This document shows, one piece after another, positions 1 to 9,460 of a DNA stretch of 24,164 bases. Source of the DNA: a virus (taxonomy: Duplodnaviria; Caudoviricetes). The first letter of the stretch is position 1; every line of letters starts with the position of its first letter. The notes under the pieces were generated by a model. That model did no database searches and was not told the DNA's origin. It saw only the letters and a list, made by a program, of their open reading frames with translations. The translations under genes and the position numbers were made by a program. The DNA lies in IMG/VR virus record IMGVR_UViG_3300021185_000158, positions 1-24,164 of that record. One strand, written 5' to 3'.

Positions 1-1585
1 CATCGCCTCCAATTTCTTCTGGGCTTTTAATTACCCCTTTAGAGTACTTATAAAGAAAATCATTATACAATGATTGTCTTTTATTATTAAGGTATTTTTC
101 GTCTTGTTTAGCTATTCTAGCAAATACGCCTTTACGATTTTTAATCCCGCCAGATAAAACACCTGCATATAGTGTTGTTGCGTGGCTAGGTACAGTATGT
201 TGTACACTGCTTAACGCATTAATTGCATCTTGAACTTCTTGAGTTAGGAAGTTCTTTTCAGGTGCAGCTGTAATGTTCTTTTGTGTACTTGCACCTTCAC
301 CTCGCAACATACCTTGCTTTGTGTTAGTTAAAGATACAGGTCTATCTTTGCTTTGAGCAATGCCTAAAGCACTTCGAATACCTTTTCTTAATGCTCTCAT
401 CTTCTTATCGCCTGAACGAGTAGTAACAAAGGTTATTGTCTTTTTACCTTCGTTATCTTTAACTTCTTTAGCTTGTATAAAGTCAAATATTTTTGAGTCA
501 GCAAAACCTTGAAGAATTGCTTGTCCAAGTAAACTTTGCTCTTCAGGTGTCATGCGTGAGTTATAACCATAGCCTTCGGATACACCTTTAAATAAGTCGG
601 CTGGGTTATCCATTTGAGTAGGAAACAAAAAGCGTTCCATTGTACGTCCAATTTCTGGACCTAAAATATTTCTGTTAAGCCCATTAGAATGTTGTTGTTT
701 ATTTGCTTCTTCATCAACTTCAGAACTTTGCAATGCCATTTTATTAGATAAAGCTAAAATAGTAGACATGATTGCAGCACGTCCTGCTTCCTTTCGAATT
801 GGCGAGTTAGGATCAGTAGGATCGGTAGACAAATTAAGTTTAGTATCATTACGCATAATAAAATTAAGCGCATCTGAATTTTCAAATATAATCCTTTGAG
901 GATCTGAAGATAAAATTTCTTGGTCTACGTTATTTAAATCAATCGAAGTTCCAAGCATATTAAATTTATTACTTGTAACATCAAACATATTTGATGCACC
1001 ATCCATCATTGCAGAAAACTTCATTACGCTGTTGTCATGCAATCCCTCAGATATTAGGGCGTCATCAACTGCAGGTTCAACTGCTTGTGCAAATGCGCCT
1101 ACTTCTTCATCTGAAATGACACCGCGAGGCATTGCTTGTTCTTCAAGCGTACCTATAAACCTTGAGCCTTTCTGAGTAGGCGTAAGCTCTCTTATACGGT
1201 CTACCGCAGGGTCAGGGCGAGAGCCTTGCTGTACATACTCATACATCGAATCTTGTGTAGCTTCTGCTATCTGCTCTTCGGTAGGTGCTACTTCTGTGTA
1301 CGCCTGAAGATTAGCAGGTGCCATATTTTCAGGTGCAGTACCTACAAACCCTTCGGGTTGAATAGCCTCAGATGGTTGTGCCATCCGAGACTGTAATTGT
1401 TCAACAGGAAGTTGCTGATCTAATGCACTTTTAGTTGCTTGTTTATCAGCTAATGCCGCCGCCATAGTTGCTTGGGTATCTTCTGTGGCCCGTGCAATAT
1501 CTTCTTGCTGGTCTCGCATTACCTTTTGTCTATTACGATTTCTAAAATCATAATTAGCACTTCTATTTATGTTAATATTAACCAC
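1..1585 (-). CDS. Large protein, truncated by the window edge (>528 aa); probable virion-internal protein and candidate virion single-subunit RNA polymerase
   Basis: Hand-translated and not in the ORF track. GTG at 1585-1583 with AAGGAG upstream, 2 nt after the 1360-aa stop, then open to base 1 (MVNININRSANYDFRNRNRQKVMRDQQEDIARA...QEVQDAINALSSVQHTV...KSPEEIGGD). The ORF is solid; the RNAP call rests on weak remembered similarity only. Confidence 0.85.
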   Translation of the reverse strand, partial: MVNININRSANYDFRNRNRQKVMRDQQEDIARATEDTQATMAAALADKQATKSALDQQLPVEQLQSRMAQPSEAIQPEGFVGTAPENMAPANLQAYTEVAPTEEQIAEATQDSMYEYVQQGSRPDPAVDRIRELTPTQKGSRFIGTLEEQAMPRGVISDEEVGAFAQAVEPAVDDALISEGLHDNSVMKFSAMMDGASNMFDVTSNKFNMLGTSIDLNNVDQEILSSDPQRIIFENSDALNFIMRNDTKLNLSTDPTDPNSPIRKEAGRAAIMSTILALSNKMALQSSEVDEEANKQQHSNGLNRNILGPEIGRTMERFLFPTQMDNPADLFKGVSEGYGYNSRMTPEEQSLLGQAILQGFADSKIFDFIQAKEVKDNEGKKTITFVTTRSGDKKMRALRKGIRSALGIAQSKDRPVSLTNTKQGMLRGEGASTQKNITAAPEKNFLTQEVQDAINALSSVQHTVPSHATTLYAGVLSGGIKNRKGVFARIAKQDEKYLNNKRQSLYNDFLYKYSKGVIKSPEEIGGD

Positions 1586-1587
1586 AG

Positions 1588-4500
1588 TTATTCTCCTTGA
1601 TTAAATGGCCATTGAGTAGGCGCTCTTCCTTGCATTAGGTCTGTTATTGCGTTTCTAACAGGTGTTACAGGTGCTACTCCAGGTATTAACTTTGTACCTG
1701 CTCGTAGAGAACCTTCATAATCACCTTGACCAATTTCTTTTATTAGTTTACCTGCTGTAAAGCCAAGCCTTGCAGTAGGAGCACCACCAACTGTCTCACC
1801 GAATATTCTACCTGCAATACCTTCATCGCGGTCTGCGTACAAGGGAAATGCGGCGTTAAGTACTCTTTCACTTGTACCTAATACACCTGAATTCATAAGC
1901 GCACGTTGCACTAACTGTTCATTAGATAGATACGGTGTAGAGCCTCCAAACTTAAGATAGTCTTTAAGCCATTGAGACGCCCCTGCAGTAGCTGTCATTA
2001 CACAAATTAATGCAAAGGTATTATACTGCATTCGGGGGCTACCGTTTTTCAGATAGTCATTCCAAAGTTTAGGTACAATATTTGCAGTGAAAGTAGAAAT
2101 AAAACCATTAAACTGAACAAACAATTGAAAGTGAGGATCTTGAAAAAACAAAGGTCGGTTATAAGCTTGAGGATTTTGAACTCTATCGTTAACAAAATAC
2201 CAAGTTACAGTCTCCATTTGTTCTTGTATGAAATCCATATCAGCAGCTATCTCAGGATCGTTAGGATTTATTTTCATAAGGCGATCATACAATGTTTTGC
2301 CTTGCGAATTTTTATCTGTATTAGTATATTTCTTTTGAATACGAATATACTCATCTACATCCATGCCTAAATTAGTTAGCTGACGATATACCTCTAGTTG
2401 ATCTTGATTGTAAGGCTGTCGTTTAGTTTTAACATTAAGTATTGGACTTCCTTTTTCAGCAGAGTTCCATTTAGTAAAAGAAACTTTAGCATTTAAGTTT
2501 GTTTCATTGGCTAAAAGAATTTTAATTCTATCAGAAACAAAGCCTGCTACAGCCGAAGCCGCAATAGATCTTTGTAGTTGAGTTATCCCTGCAATTCCTG
2601 TATACTTAAAGAATTGTTTCTGCCACCAAGCTTTACTAATATCTGTTTCACCTAATCCGTAGCGAGTAGCTACTGTAGCATCATCAGGAAATAATCCTGC
2701 GCTAATAAGGTCTTGTACTGATTGTCTGTAGATAGGTAAATTAGGCTGTGTTTTTAAAGCAGGGTTCTGCTTCATATTAACAATACCTTTAAATATCTCT
2801 ACAAGTTCTCCTGTTGCAGAATTAATTCCACGTTTTACATCAGCAGAACCACGTCCCTGCCAAAGTATCATGATAAATTCAGGGATAGAACTAAATGCGG
2901 CTAGCGGAAGACCTACTGTTGATGCATAGAATGCACCTGCACGCTGTAGATTTGCTATCTGTCTATTCTTAATTGGCTTATAGTTACCTGTGCCTGCATC
3001 AATAATACTCTTAGTATGATAAGCTACCTCTGCAATTTCATCATCAGTAAGACCTTCATCTCTCATTTCAGCGTATAACTGATCTAGATACTTACCGCCC
3101 TCACCAAAGTATTCTGTGTAAGCTGTGTATTTGGCTGTTTGATCTGCTCTATTAATTAAGTTTTGTAAGATATCTGTGTTAGCAAATTGATCGTATCCAG
3201 GAAGGTCTGATAAGCTCTTTGTAGAATTATCTTTGATTGTTCCTGGAATATGTGCAACACCTTCTACAATAGAGAAGTCGGTAACATCTTCATTATTAGA
3301 AATCTTATTGTACATTTCTTCAATTTCAGGCTCAGAGTAAGCTTGTTTTCCACTTGAATTTTTTACATTACGCATCCAAGCAAACCAAGCTTCACGATTA
3401 TCTCTGACTTTTTTCCAATCCCAGCCTTTAGCATCCGTCCAATTTTCAAATAATAAATTAACACGATCTTCGCCTTGTCCGGTATAGGTAGTATTTCTTA
3501 ACTCATAATCTGCATCCATAAAACTCTGCAACTCATTCACAGTAGTTAAAATAGAATCATAATTTTCCATTACTTCTTGGTCATTAATTAAAGCATCACG
3601 ATCACCTTTTGCCGCTACAAACCTACGTATCATATCAGAAATGCGGTTAGAGCTAGACACTCTATCAGGCATACCAAAGCGTTGAAAAATACGTTGAGCA
3701 TTTAATTTATTAAGTAAATCAGCACGATGCTTTTGTTCTTGCGCACCCACATCACGTCCAGAGTAAAGACGACCAAGCGGTTGTCCAACTAAAGCGTATA
3801 GCTTTCTAGCCGACGCTGAACGCCTTAATAATTCAGGGCGAAAAGCAGTAGTAGCGGCGGCACGATAAAGCTCAGGTAAGTACTTGGTTGGATTTTTAAT
3901 TTTATCCCAGAACGAGCCTCTTTGTGTTTTGCCTTTGGTAGCGTAGTCTGCGCCTAGTCTTCCGCCTTTTCGTTTAAGAGTTTTTCTTTTTAAGTCTCTA
4001 GTTATATCATACACGGAGCCTTGTTTACCTAGCTCTTGAGATATTCTGTCATATGGATTTAATTTATCTATACGACCTAGCATAAGCCCTTTGCTCATAG
4101 CGTATCGATCACCAGCTTCTATGCTTGCACCAGCGGCACCAAAGCTACTACCTAATGCACCACCTGCTACTGCGGCAGACGCTAATAGATTACTGAATTC
4201 ATTAGGATTAAAGTTTTGCTCAAGCCCACCTTCAGACATTTGTTTTGAAGCAATATAACCTGTGCCTTCTTGCGCGGCTTCGGTTACAGCTTCAGTAATA
4301 CCGCCTCGACCTGCACCCTTTAAAACATTTTTAACTAAGCTACCACGATTAATGTGATCCGAAGCAAAGTTACCCATGCCTTGGATAGCACCTTTAATCA
4401 TTGATTTGCTTTCTTTACCGATTAATTTTAGTGCTTGTGCTGAAGTCATTCCTGGGTTTAATCGTTTAAGCTCTTTAGCTACTTGAAGCCTACCTGATTT

Positions 4501-5670
4501 AGTTAACAGTTTAGACGGAGCAAGAATACCTTGCATACCTAGCCTATCCATAACTGCCATTGCAGTACCTGCAACTAAAGAACCAGCCGCTTCAGCGCGT
4601 CCTTTTGGACCTTCAATATCATTCCATACGTTCCCTGAGTGTACACCTACCATTGAGCCATAAGCTATTGGTATAGATGCACCGAATGTTACAGGAGAAA
4701 GTATATGACCAGCAGAAAGTGTAATTAAATAAGGTGCTGACATAGCCATGTTGTTAGTAAAATATTGCCAGCCATCCCATACATCATCTATATCTCTGAA
4801 GTCTAAGTTTTTAAGTATAGGAGCGTTAGCTAAATCTTCTTTTGCAAGCTGAACTTCATCAGCGCCCCAGTTCGCTAAGTCTTCAGACCCTAATCCAACG
4901 CCAGCAAGCTCTGCAAATCCAGCTAAAGCTGTGGCCATCCCTTGCCAGCCTGTGTTCCAAGACTCTGTAAATTGATTGTACGCAACGCCTGACATATTCC
5001 TATCGCCTTGAGAAAAATCAATGGCGTTAAAAGGTAAACTTCTAGTATCATAGTTACCTTCTATTGCAGTATTATAAGCTGCTTTGTAATCTTCTTCTGT
5101 GGTTAAGTCGTAGCCTTTTTGTTGAGCAACTACTTGAATAACAGAATCTAAATATTCTTTTTCGTTATCCGCAGATTCTTTAAATAGAATAGGTACACTT
5201 TGAACTTCACCTAATTCTTCTTGAATAATATTTTGATAATCACGTTTACCTTTTAACTGCGCTTGTAATCTACCTTGCTGTGCGGCTCGTATACCTTCTG
5301 CATCAGTAAATAAATTTTCTGAGACAGCGCCTGACTTGTATAACGCATTAGTTAAGTCGCCTCCTTCTTTATTTTGAATGCTTACTAACTTACGTCCATA
5401 AAAATCATCGTTGCCTTCATCTATGATCCTATTGTAGCCGCCTTCTTCTGCAATTCTTGCTACAGCTTCAGTAGTTTCCCTACCGCCAAGTTGCCCTTGT
5501 AAGAAACGTAATTTACCATCTTCTCTTTCGAAATCTAAATTAGTTATTTTGCTTACTTCAGGAGCATTAAAACCACGAAGTCGAAGATCTTTGCCATCAC
5601 TACCTTCAATAGTATCGGCGTCTATCCATCGACGAGAATTACCTTCCTCGTCTATAAAATTTTCTGCCAT
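1588..5670 (-). CDS. Large internal virion/ejection protein with N-terminal staphylococcal nuclease (SNase)-like domain
   Basis: 1360 aa with GGAGG RBS. The N-terminus has SNase motifs IDADT / LRLRGFNAPE / DFYGRKL / TNALYKSG. Ala/Gly-rich hydrophobic helices and a C-terminal LFVQFNGF segment are typical of podoviral core/ejection proteins. Confidence 0.75.
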   Translation of the reverse strand: MAENFIDEEGNSRRWIDADTIEGSDGKDLRLRGFNAPEVSKITNLDFEREDGKLRFLQGQLGGRETTEAVARIAEEGGYNRIIDEGNDDFYGRKLVSIQNKEGGDLTNALYKSGAVSENLFTDAEGIRAAQQGRLQAQLKGKRDYQNIIQEELGEVQSVPILFKESADNEKEYLDSVIQVVAQQKGYDLTTEEDYKAAYNTAIEGNYDTRSLPFNAIDFSQGDRNMSGVAYNQFTESWNTGWQGMATALAGFAELAGVGLGSEDLANWGADEVQLAKEDLANAPILKNLDFRDIDDVWDGWQYFTNNMAMSAPYLITLSAGHILSPVTFGASIPIAYGSMVGVHSGNVWNDIEGPKGRAEAAGSLVAGTAMAVMDRLGMQGILAPSKLLTKSGRLQVAKELKRLNPGMTSAQALKLIGKESKSMIKGAIQGMGNFASDHINRGSLVKNVLKGAGRGGITEAVTEAAQEGTGYIASKQMSEGGLEQNFNPNEFSNLLASAAVAGGALGSSFGAAGASIEAGDRYAMSKGLMLGRIDKLNPYDRISQELGKQGSVYDITRDLKRKTLKRKGGRLGADYATKGKTQRGSFWDKIKNPTKYLPELYRAAATTAFRPELLRRSASARKLYALVGQPLGRLYSGRDVGAQEQKHRADLLNKLNAQRIFQRFGMPDRVSSSNRISDMIRRFVAAKGDRDALINDQEVMENYDSILTTVNELQSFMDADYELRNTTYTGQGEDRVNLLFENWTDAKGWDWKKVRDNREAWFAWMRNVKNSSGKQAYSEPEIEEMYNKISNNEDVTDFSIVEGVAHIPGTIKDNSTKSLSDLPGYDQFANTDILQNLINRADQTAKYTAYTEYFGEGGKYLDQLYAEMRDEGLTDDEIAEVAYHTKSIIDAGTGNYKPIKNRQIANLQRAGAFYASTVGLPLAAFSSIPEFIMILWQGRGSADVKRGINSATGELVEIFKGIVNMKQNPALKTQPNLPIYRQSVQDLISAGLFPDDATVATRYGLGETDISKAWWQKQFFKYTGIAGITQLQRSIAASAVAGFVSDRIKILLANETNLNAKVSFTKWNSAEKGSPILNVKTKRQPYNQDQLEVYRQLTNLGMDVDEYIRIQKKYTNTDKNSQGKTLYDRLMKINPNDPEIAADMDFIQEQMETVTWYFVNDRVQNPQAYNRPLFFQDPHFQLFVQFNGFISTFTANIVPKLWNDYLKNGSPRMQYNTFALICVMTATAGASQWLKDYLKFGGSTPYLSNEQLVQRALMNSGVLGTSERVLNAAFPLYADRDEGIAGRIFGETVGGAPTARLGFTAGKLIKEIGQGDYEGSLRAGTKLIPGVAPVTPVRNAITDLMQGRAPTQWPFNQGE

Positions 5671-5692
5671 GTTAACCTCCTAATATATAAAT

Positions 5693-5743
5693 AAAAAAAC
5701 CCTAAGAGACACTCCCCTATAAGGGGGTATTATCTCTTAGGGT
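5693..5743 (-). terminator. Rho-independent terminator
   Basis: Perfect 11-bp inverted repeat ACCCTAAGAGA...TCTCTTAGGGT (5699-5709 / 5733-5743) with an inner CCCCT-TAT-AGGGG stem, followed by a T-run on the minus strand, directly after the 945-aa stop. Confidence 0.8.
5712..5732 (-). promoter_or_regulatory. Putative phage RNAP promoter, copy 1 (TAATACCCCCTTATAGGGGAG)
   Basis: Matches copy 2 at 13 of the first 15 positions and resembles the T7 promoter layout (TAATAC...TATA then G-run). Intergenic, upstream of the 1360-aa gene. Confidence 0.6.
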
Positions 5744-5748
5744 ATAAA

Positions 5749-8586
5749 TTAGAATAACTTATCTAAGTTATCGTCTAATATTGCTTGCTCAATAATTGCT
5801 TGAACTTCTTCGCCAGGAGTTCTAGAAGCCCATAAAGTAAAGGCTGTCCATTTGTTAGCATCTCCTTTTCGCTCATTCTTTTTAACAGCTAGCTCTTCAA
5901 AGTTGTCATTGCTCTTAGTAAGATCAGGATACTCATCTCTTAATTGATAAGCGGCCCAAGTAGCTGACCACGCCTCTTCATATGCTTTGGCATAGCCTCT
6001 ATCTTTAGGACCAAGTCGTTTACCGTTTTCATCTCTGACTTCTTTTTTAATTATAGTGTCTAGCTGATTCATGTTAGTGTCAGAAGTACCATTCATAGCG
6101 TATTGAGGAACACCTGTTAAGACTGATCTTGTTTCATTATTGATATACGCTCTGATGCTTTTTGGTTCAATACCTTTACCACCTGATTTTTTGTAATCAA
6201 TAGTATCATTTACAAACTTAGTAATAGCATTGTTTACGCTAATTTCTAACTCAGGGACATCATTAATTGATACACCGTTTTGATTAAGAATTTCCCTAAA
6301 TCTACTTTCAGCTTCTCCGCCTAGTTTAAAAGCATCAATAGCAACGCGATCATCGTAATCAACTTTATTACGTGTTCCCGCCCTTAACCCTCTTTCAGAG
6401 TTTGCAGTATCGGTAGCGCTTGTAAATGCAGACTCAAAGTTACCTTTTCTTGCTTCTCTGCCATGGACACTTTCATCCCATGGCTCTAAGAAACCAGCAA
6501 GACTATTTACAGATGTCATTTTACCTTGGTATTCTACGTATTCATTACCGTCTGAGCCTTCAAAGCGTTGTACTTTACCAATTCCAGGCAAGTAAGAATT
6601 ACCTACTGGCTTTGTCATAGATAATGTTTTGCCTTTAGCTACTAGGTCTTCTAGATTACCTGAGTCTCTATAAGCTTGTAATGACTTGCCTGTGTAATCT
6701 TCTAATGCATCTTTGCTAGTGACAAACTTTTTACGAGCTTCAACGTCTGAATCAACACGATCAATGTATTGCGTCATAGAGTATTGTAATGAGCCACCAT
6801 GATCGTAGCCCATAAGACGAGAACCAGCATACATAACTGCCATACGAGCAAGTTCAGGACCGCTAAATAAGTCTTTAAACATTTGCTTAAAGTAACCTGC
6901 AACTTCAGTACCGAAGCCTTTACCTTGAGGGCTACTCCCAAGCCTTTCTACTTCTTTTAGTTCATCTGCTGAAGGTTGACTAAATGTTTTACCCCTAAAG
7001 CCTTTCATTGCTTCAGTCATAGCCGCATTCTTTTCAGCTTGAGTTTCTTTAGATTCATTTTCTGTTGATACTTCAGGGATACCAACACCGTCTAACTCAG
7101 GAATAGGAACATCTGTAGGAGGTAAACCAAGTGCGTCGCGCGCCGAATCTAAACGTTCTTTCTCTGCTTTAGCTTCAGCGTCTGCCTTAGCTATATTCTC
7201 TTGTTGAAGTAATTTTTCTTCTTCTGTAACTTTTTCTAACTCTGTTTTGGCTGATTTATTTGCGTTAACAACAGACTCAGGCGGAACTAATCCTGCATCA
7301 ATATATTTCCGAATATAATCTTCAGTTATTTCTACTCGTTCTTCTGCATTTTCTACTGGATCATTACGCATACGCTCGCCTTGTTTAGCTAAACTGCTAC
7401 TCTCATCCATTCCAGGAATTGTTCCATCATTAAGACGAGGGGGTACTGATAACTCTTCAACTTTAGCGTCAGCTTCTTGTTGCGCTTTTGAATTTTTATA
7501 TTTTGCAACTGAATTTTCATAGTAAGGTTCTGCGCCTAGCCCACTACGAATAGGGGGTCTAGCCTTTTCTACCTTATTAGCGGCTAAGATTGCATCTTTT
7601 TCTTCTAAGCGAGCATATCTTTCGGGATCTGTTTCTTTTAACTTTTCACGTTCAGCTAAGTTATTAGCTATTCGTTCTTCTCTTGTTTGAAATAAGAAAT
7701 CATACCAGTTACCTTCGTCTGAAGGAGGAACTTCATCCTCTGACTTAGGCACTACAGTACTAGCTTCCGCTGACATCAATCCAGTATCAGTAGGAGGCAC
7801 TCCATCTAAGATAGCTTTAACTGCTTCTGGATCATCTGTCCCAGCCATTTCAATAGCCATTCTAATTTGATCTTCAGTATAAGGCATTTGACCTTGCTCA
7901 AATCCAACAATAGCAGGAATAAGCTCTGCGCCTCTATCAGCTAAATTTATTTCTTCATCGGGAGCAATTCCTGTTTTCTGAGATAAATAATCTACATAAC
8001 TACTTGTTGGATTGTTGTCTGAGGGCGGTGCATATCTATTTGCAAAACCTTCTAAAGTGTTTATATTATGCTCACTACCATAAGTACCGAGTAATTTTTG
8101 TATGGCTCTAAGACCTTCTTCTTCAGAATCAAATACAGCATAGCCATCGTTAGCACCGCTTTCACCAATAAAATCAGCTCCTGGTCTAATATTCCCAGGA
8201 TTATTTTGACGTAACCCAAGGGGAAGCGTACCTTCTGCCGCATACATAGGCGGTATTATACCACCATCAGCTTCATAAGTAGGAATAGGTCCACCTTGTG
8301 ACTGTTGTATGGCACGGCCTTGATCGTTCATCTCATCAATCATTTCTTGATTGCCAGGAATCCTAGAGGCCTCTGCATTGACAACATTCTCTCCAGGGGT
8401 TAACCATGCAGGTACTGTATCAGTGCCTTTAGGGTCTCCTGGGTGGTCGCTTGTGTCAGCGCCGTTATACCCATTGCCTCGCTCCATCTCTGGAATAAGC
8501 ATCATTGATGGGATAGATGGTTCAAAGAACTCAACAGAGAACATATTACCATATCGGTCTTTTTGACTAAGACTTTTTAGCTTCAT
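5749..8586 (-). CDS. Ejection/internal virion protein with lysozyme-like (peptidoglycan hydrolase-type) domain
   Basis: 945 aa. Has a GTDTVPAWLTPGENVVN motif and a GLRQNNPGNIR...YAVFDSEEEGLRA...RYAPPSDNNPTSSY domain (approx. 7890-8217), seen in phage virion lysozyme-fold proteins, followed by an acidic linker. Located in the ejection gene block. Confidence 0.7.
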   Translation of the reverse strand: MKLKSLSQKDRYGNMFSVEFFEPSIPSMMLIPEMERGNGYNGADTSDHPGDPKGTDTVPAWLTPGENVVNAEASRIPGNQEMIDEMNDQGRAIQQSQGGPIPTYEADGGIIPPMYAAEGTLPLGLRQNNPGNIRPGADFIGESGANDGYAVFDSEEEGLRAIQKLLGTYGSEHNINTLEGFANRYAPPSDNNPTSSYVDYLSQKTGIAPDEEINLADRGAELIPAIVGFEQGQMPYTEDQIRMAIEMAGTDDPEAVKAILDGVPPTDTGLMSAEASTVVPKSEDEVPPSDEGNWYDFLFQTREERIANNLAEREKLKETDPERYARLEEKDAILAANKVEKARPPIRSGLGAEPYYENSVAKYKNSKAQQEADAKVEELSVPPRLNDGTIPGMDESSSLAKQGERMRNDPVENAEERVEITEDYIRKYIDAGLVPPESVVNANKSAKTELEKVTEEEKLLQQENIAKADAEAKAEKERLDSARDALGLPPTDVPIPELDGVGIPEVSTENESKETQAEKNAAMTEAMKGFRGKTFSQPSADELKEVERLGSSPQGKGFGTEVAGYFKQMFKDLFSGPELARMAVMYAGSRLMGYDHGGSLQYSMTQYIDRVDSDVEARKKFVTSKDALEDYTGKSLQAYRDSGNLEDLVAKGKTLSMTKPVGNSYLPGIGKVQRFEGSDGNEYVEYQGKMTSVNSLAGFLEPWDESVHGREARKGNFESAFTSATDTANSERGLRAGTRNKVDYDDRVAIDAFKLGGEAESRFREILNQNGVSINDVPELEISVNNAITKFVNDTIDYKKSGGKGIEPKSIRAYINNETRSVLTGVPQYAMNGTSDTNMNQLDTIIKKEVRDENGKRLGPKDRGYAKAYEEAWSATWAAYQLRDEYPDLTKSNDNFEELAVKKNERKGDANKWTAFTLWASRTPGEEVQAIIEQAILDDNLDKLF

Positions 8587-8587
8587 G

Positions 8588-9460
8588 CTACTTCTCCTTC
8601 TTTAGGGGCCCACCACCATAACTCAATTCGTATACTTCACCGCCAGCTGATTTATATTTTAATTTAGATAACGGGCCAACCTGCCCACCATCTGATTTAA
8701 ATAAAGAACTAAAAAATCCAGTTGATTTTTCATTATCTTCAGACTCTTTAGCCGCTTCCTCTTTTCTTTTGGGTGTATACATACCAATTGAATGTTGAGG
8801 CATTGAGTGTGTTCTTGCTTTAAAACCATCAGCTGCATACAGAGGGCCGATATTACCACCTTCTGATTTGTAATAACTACGATGCATTTCATTATCTGCT
8901 TGCTCAAGGGCATCATAATATTCTTTATCTCTAATGTATTTAATTTGGTCAGCAATGCTTTTGCCTTCAGGAGTCTTACTTCCCTGTGATGCATACAAAG
9001 GACCAACATGACCACCGTTATTAAAGAACCCTAGCGCTTTACCTGCGAGTAATCCTGCACCGACATATGGCATTGCCGCCATTGCGCCAGTGGCTGCACC
9101 CGCGCCTGCTAGTCCTGGTGCCGCTACTCCAGCCATGCCTGGACCCATGCCTGCGCCTAGTCCTGCACCACCTGCAGTTGTTAAAGCTGGACCTGCCATT
9201 TGCGCCATCGTTGCTGGTGCCGCTTTACTTGCAAACATAGCCGCACCTTTATCATACATTGCTTGAGAACCTGTATTAACTGCGTCACCTATTACTTTTT
9301 CCCTAGCCATGTCACTAACTTGAGACAGTACACCTTTTTGTTGGGGGAGATTTACTTGCTGACCACCTTGCCTAGCGCGAGTTGCATTAAGCGTCTGCGC
9401 CATTTTAGCTTGTTCTTCTTCTGGACTTAATAATGATTCTGGTACTAGATTGATAGCCAT
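8588..9460 (-). CDS. Probable ejection protein, Ala/Gly-rich, with GGxxGPLYAxxG-type repeats
   Basis: 290 aa. Long Ala/Gly/Met hydrophobic stretch and 3-4 repeats (GGHVGPLYASQG, GGNIGPLYAADG, GGQVGPLSK). Follows the gp7-like gene. Confidence 0.65.
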   Translation of the reverse strand: MAINLVPESLLSPEEEQAKMAQTLNATRARQGGQQVNLPQQKGVLSQVSDMAREKVIGDAVNTGSQAMYDKGAAMFASKAAPATMAQMAGPALTTAGGAGLGAGMGPGMAGVAAPGLAGAGAATGAMAAMPYVGAGLLAGKALGFFNNGGHVGPLYASQGSKTPEGKSIADQIKYIRDKEYYDALEQADNEMHRSYYKSEGGNIGPLYAADGFKARTHSMPQHSIGMYTPKRKEEAAKESEDNEKSTGFFSSLFKSDGGQVGPLSKLKYKSAGGEVYELSYGGGPLKKEK

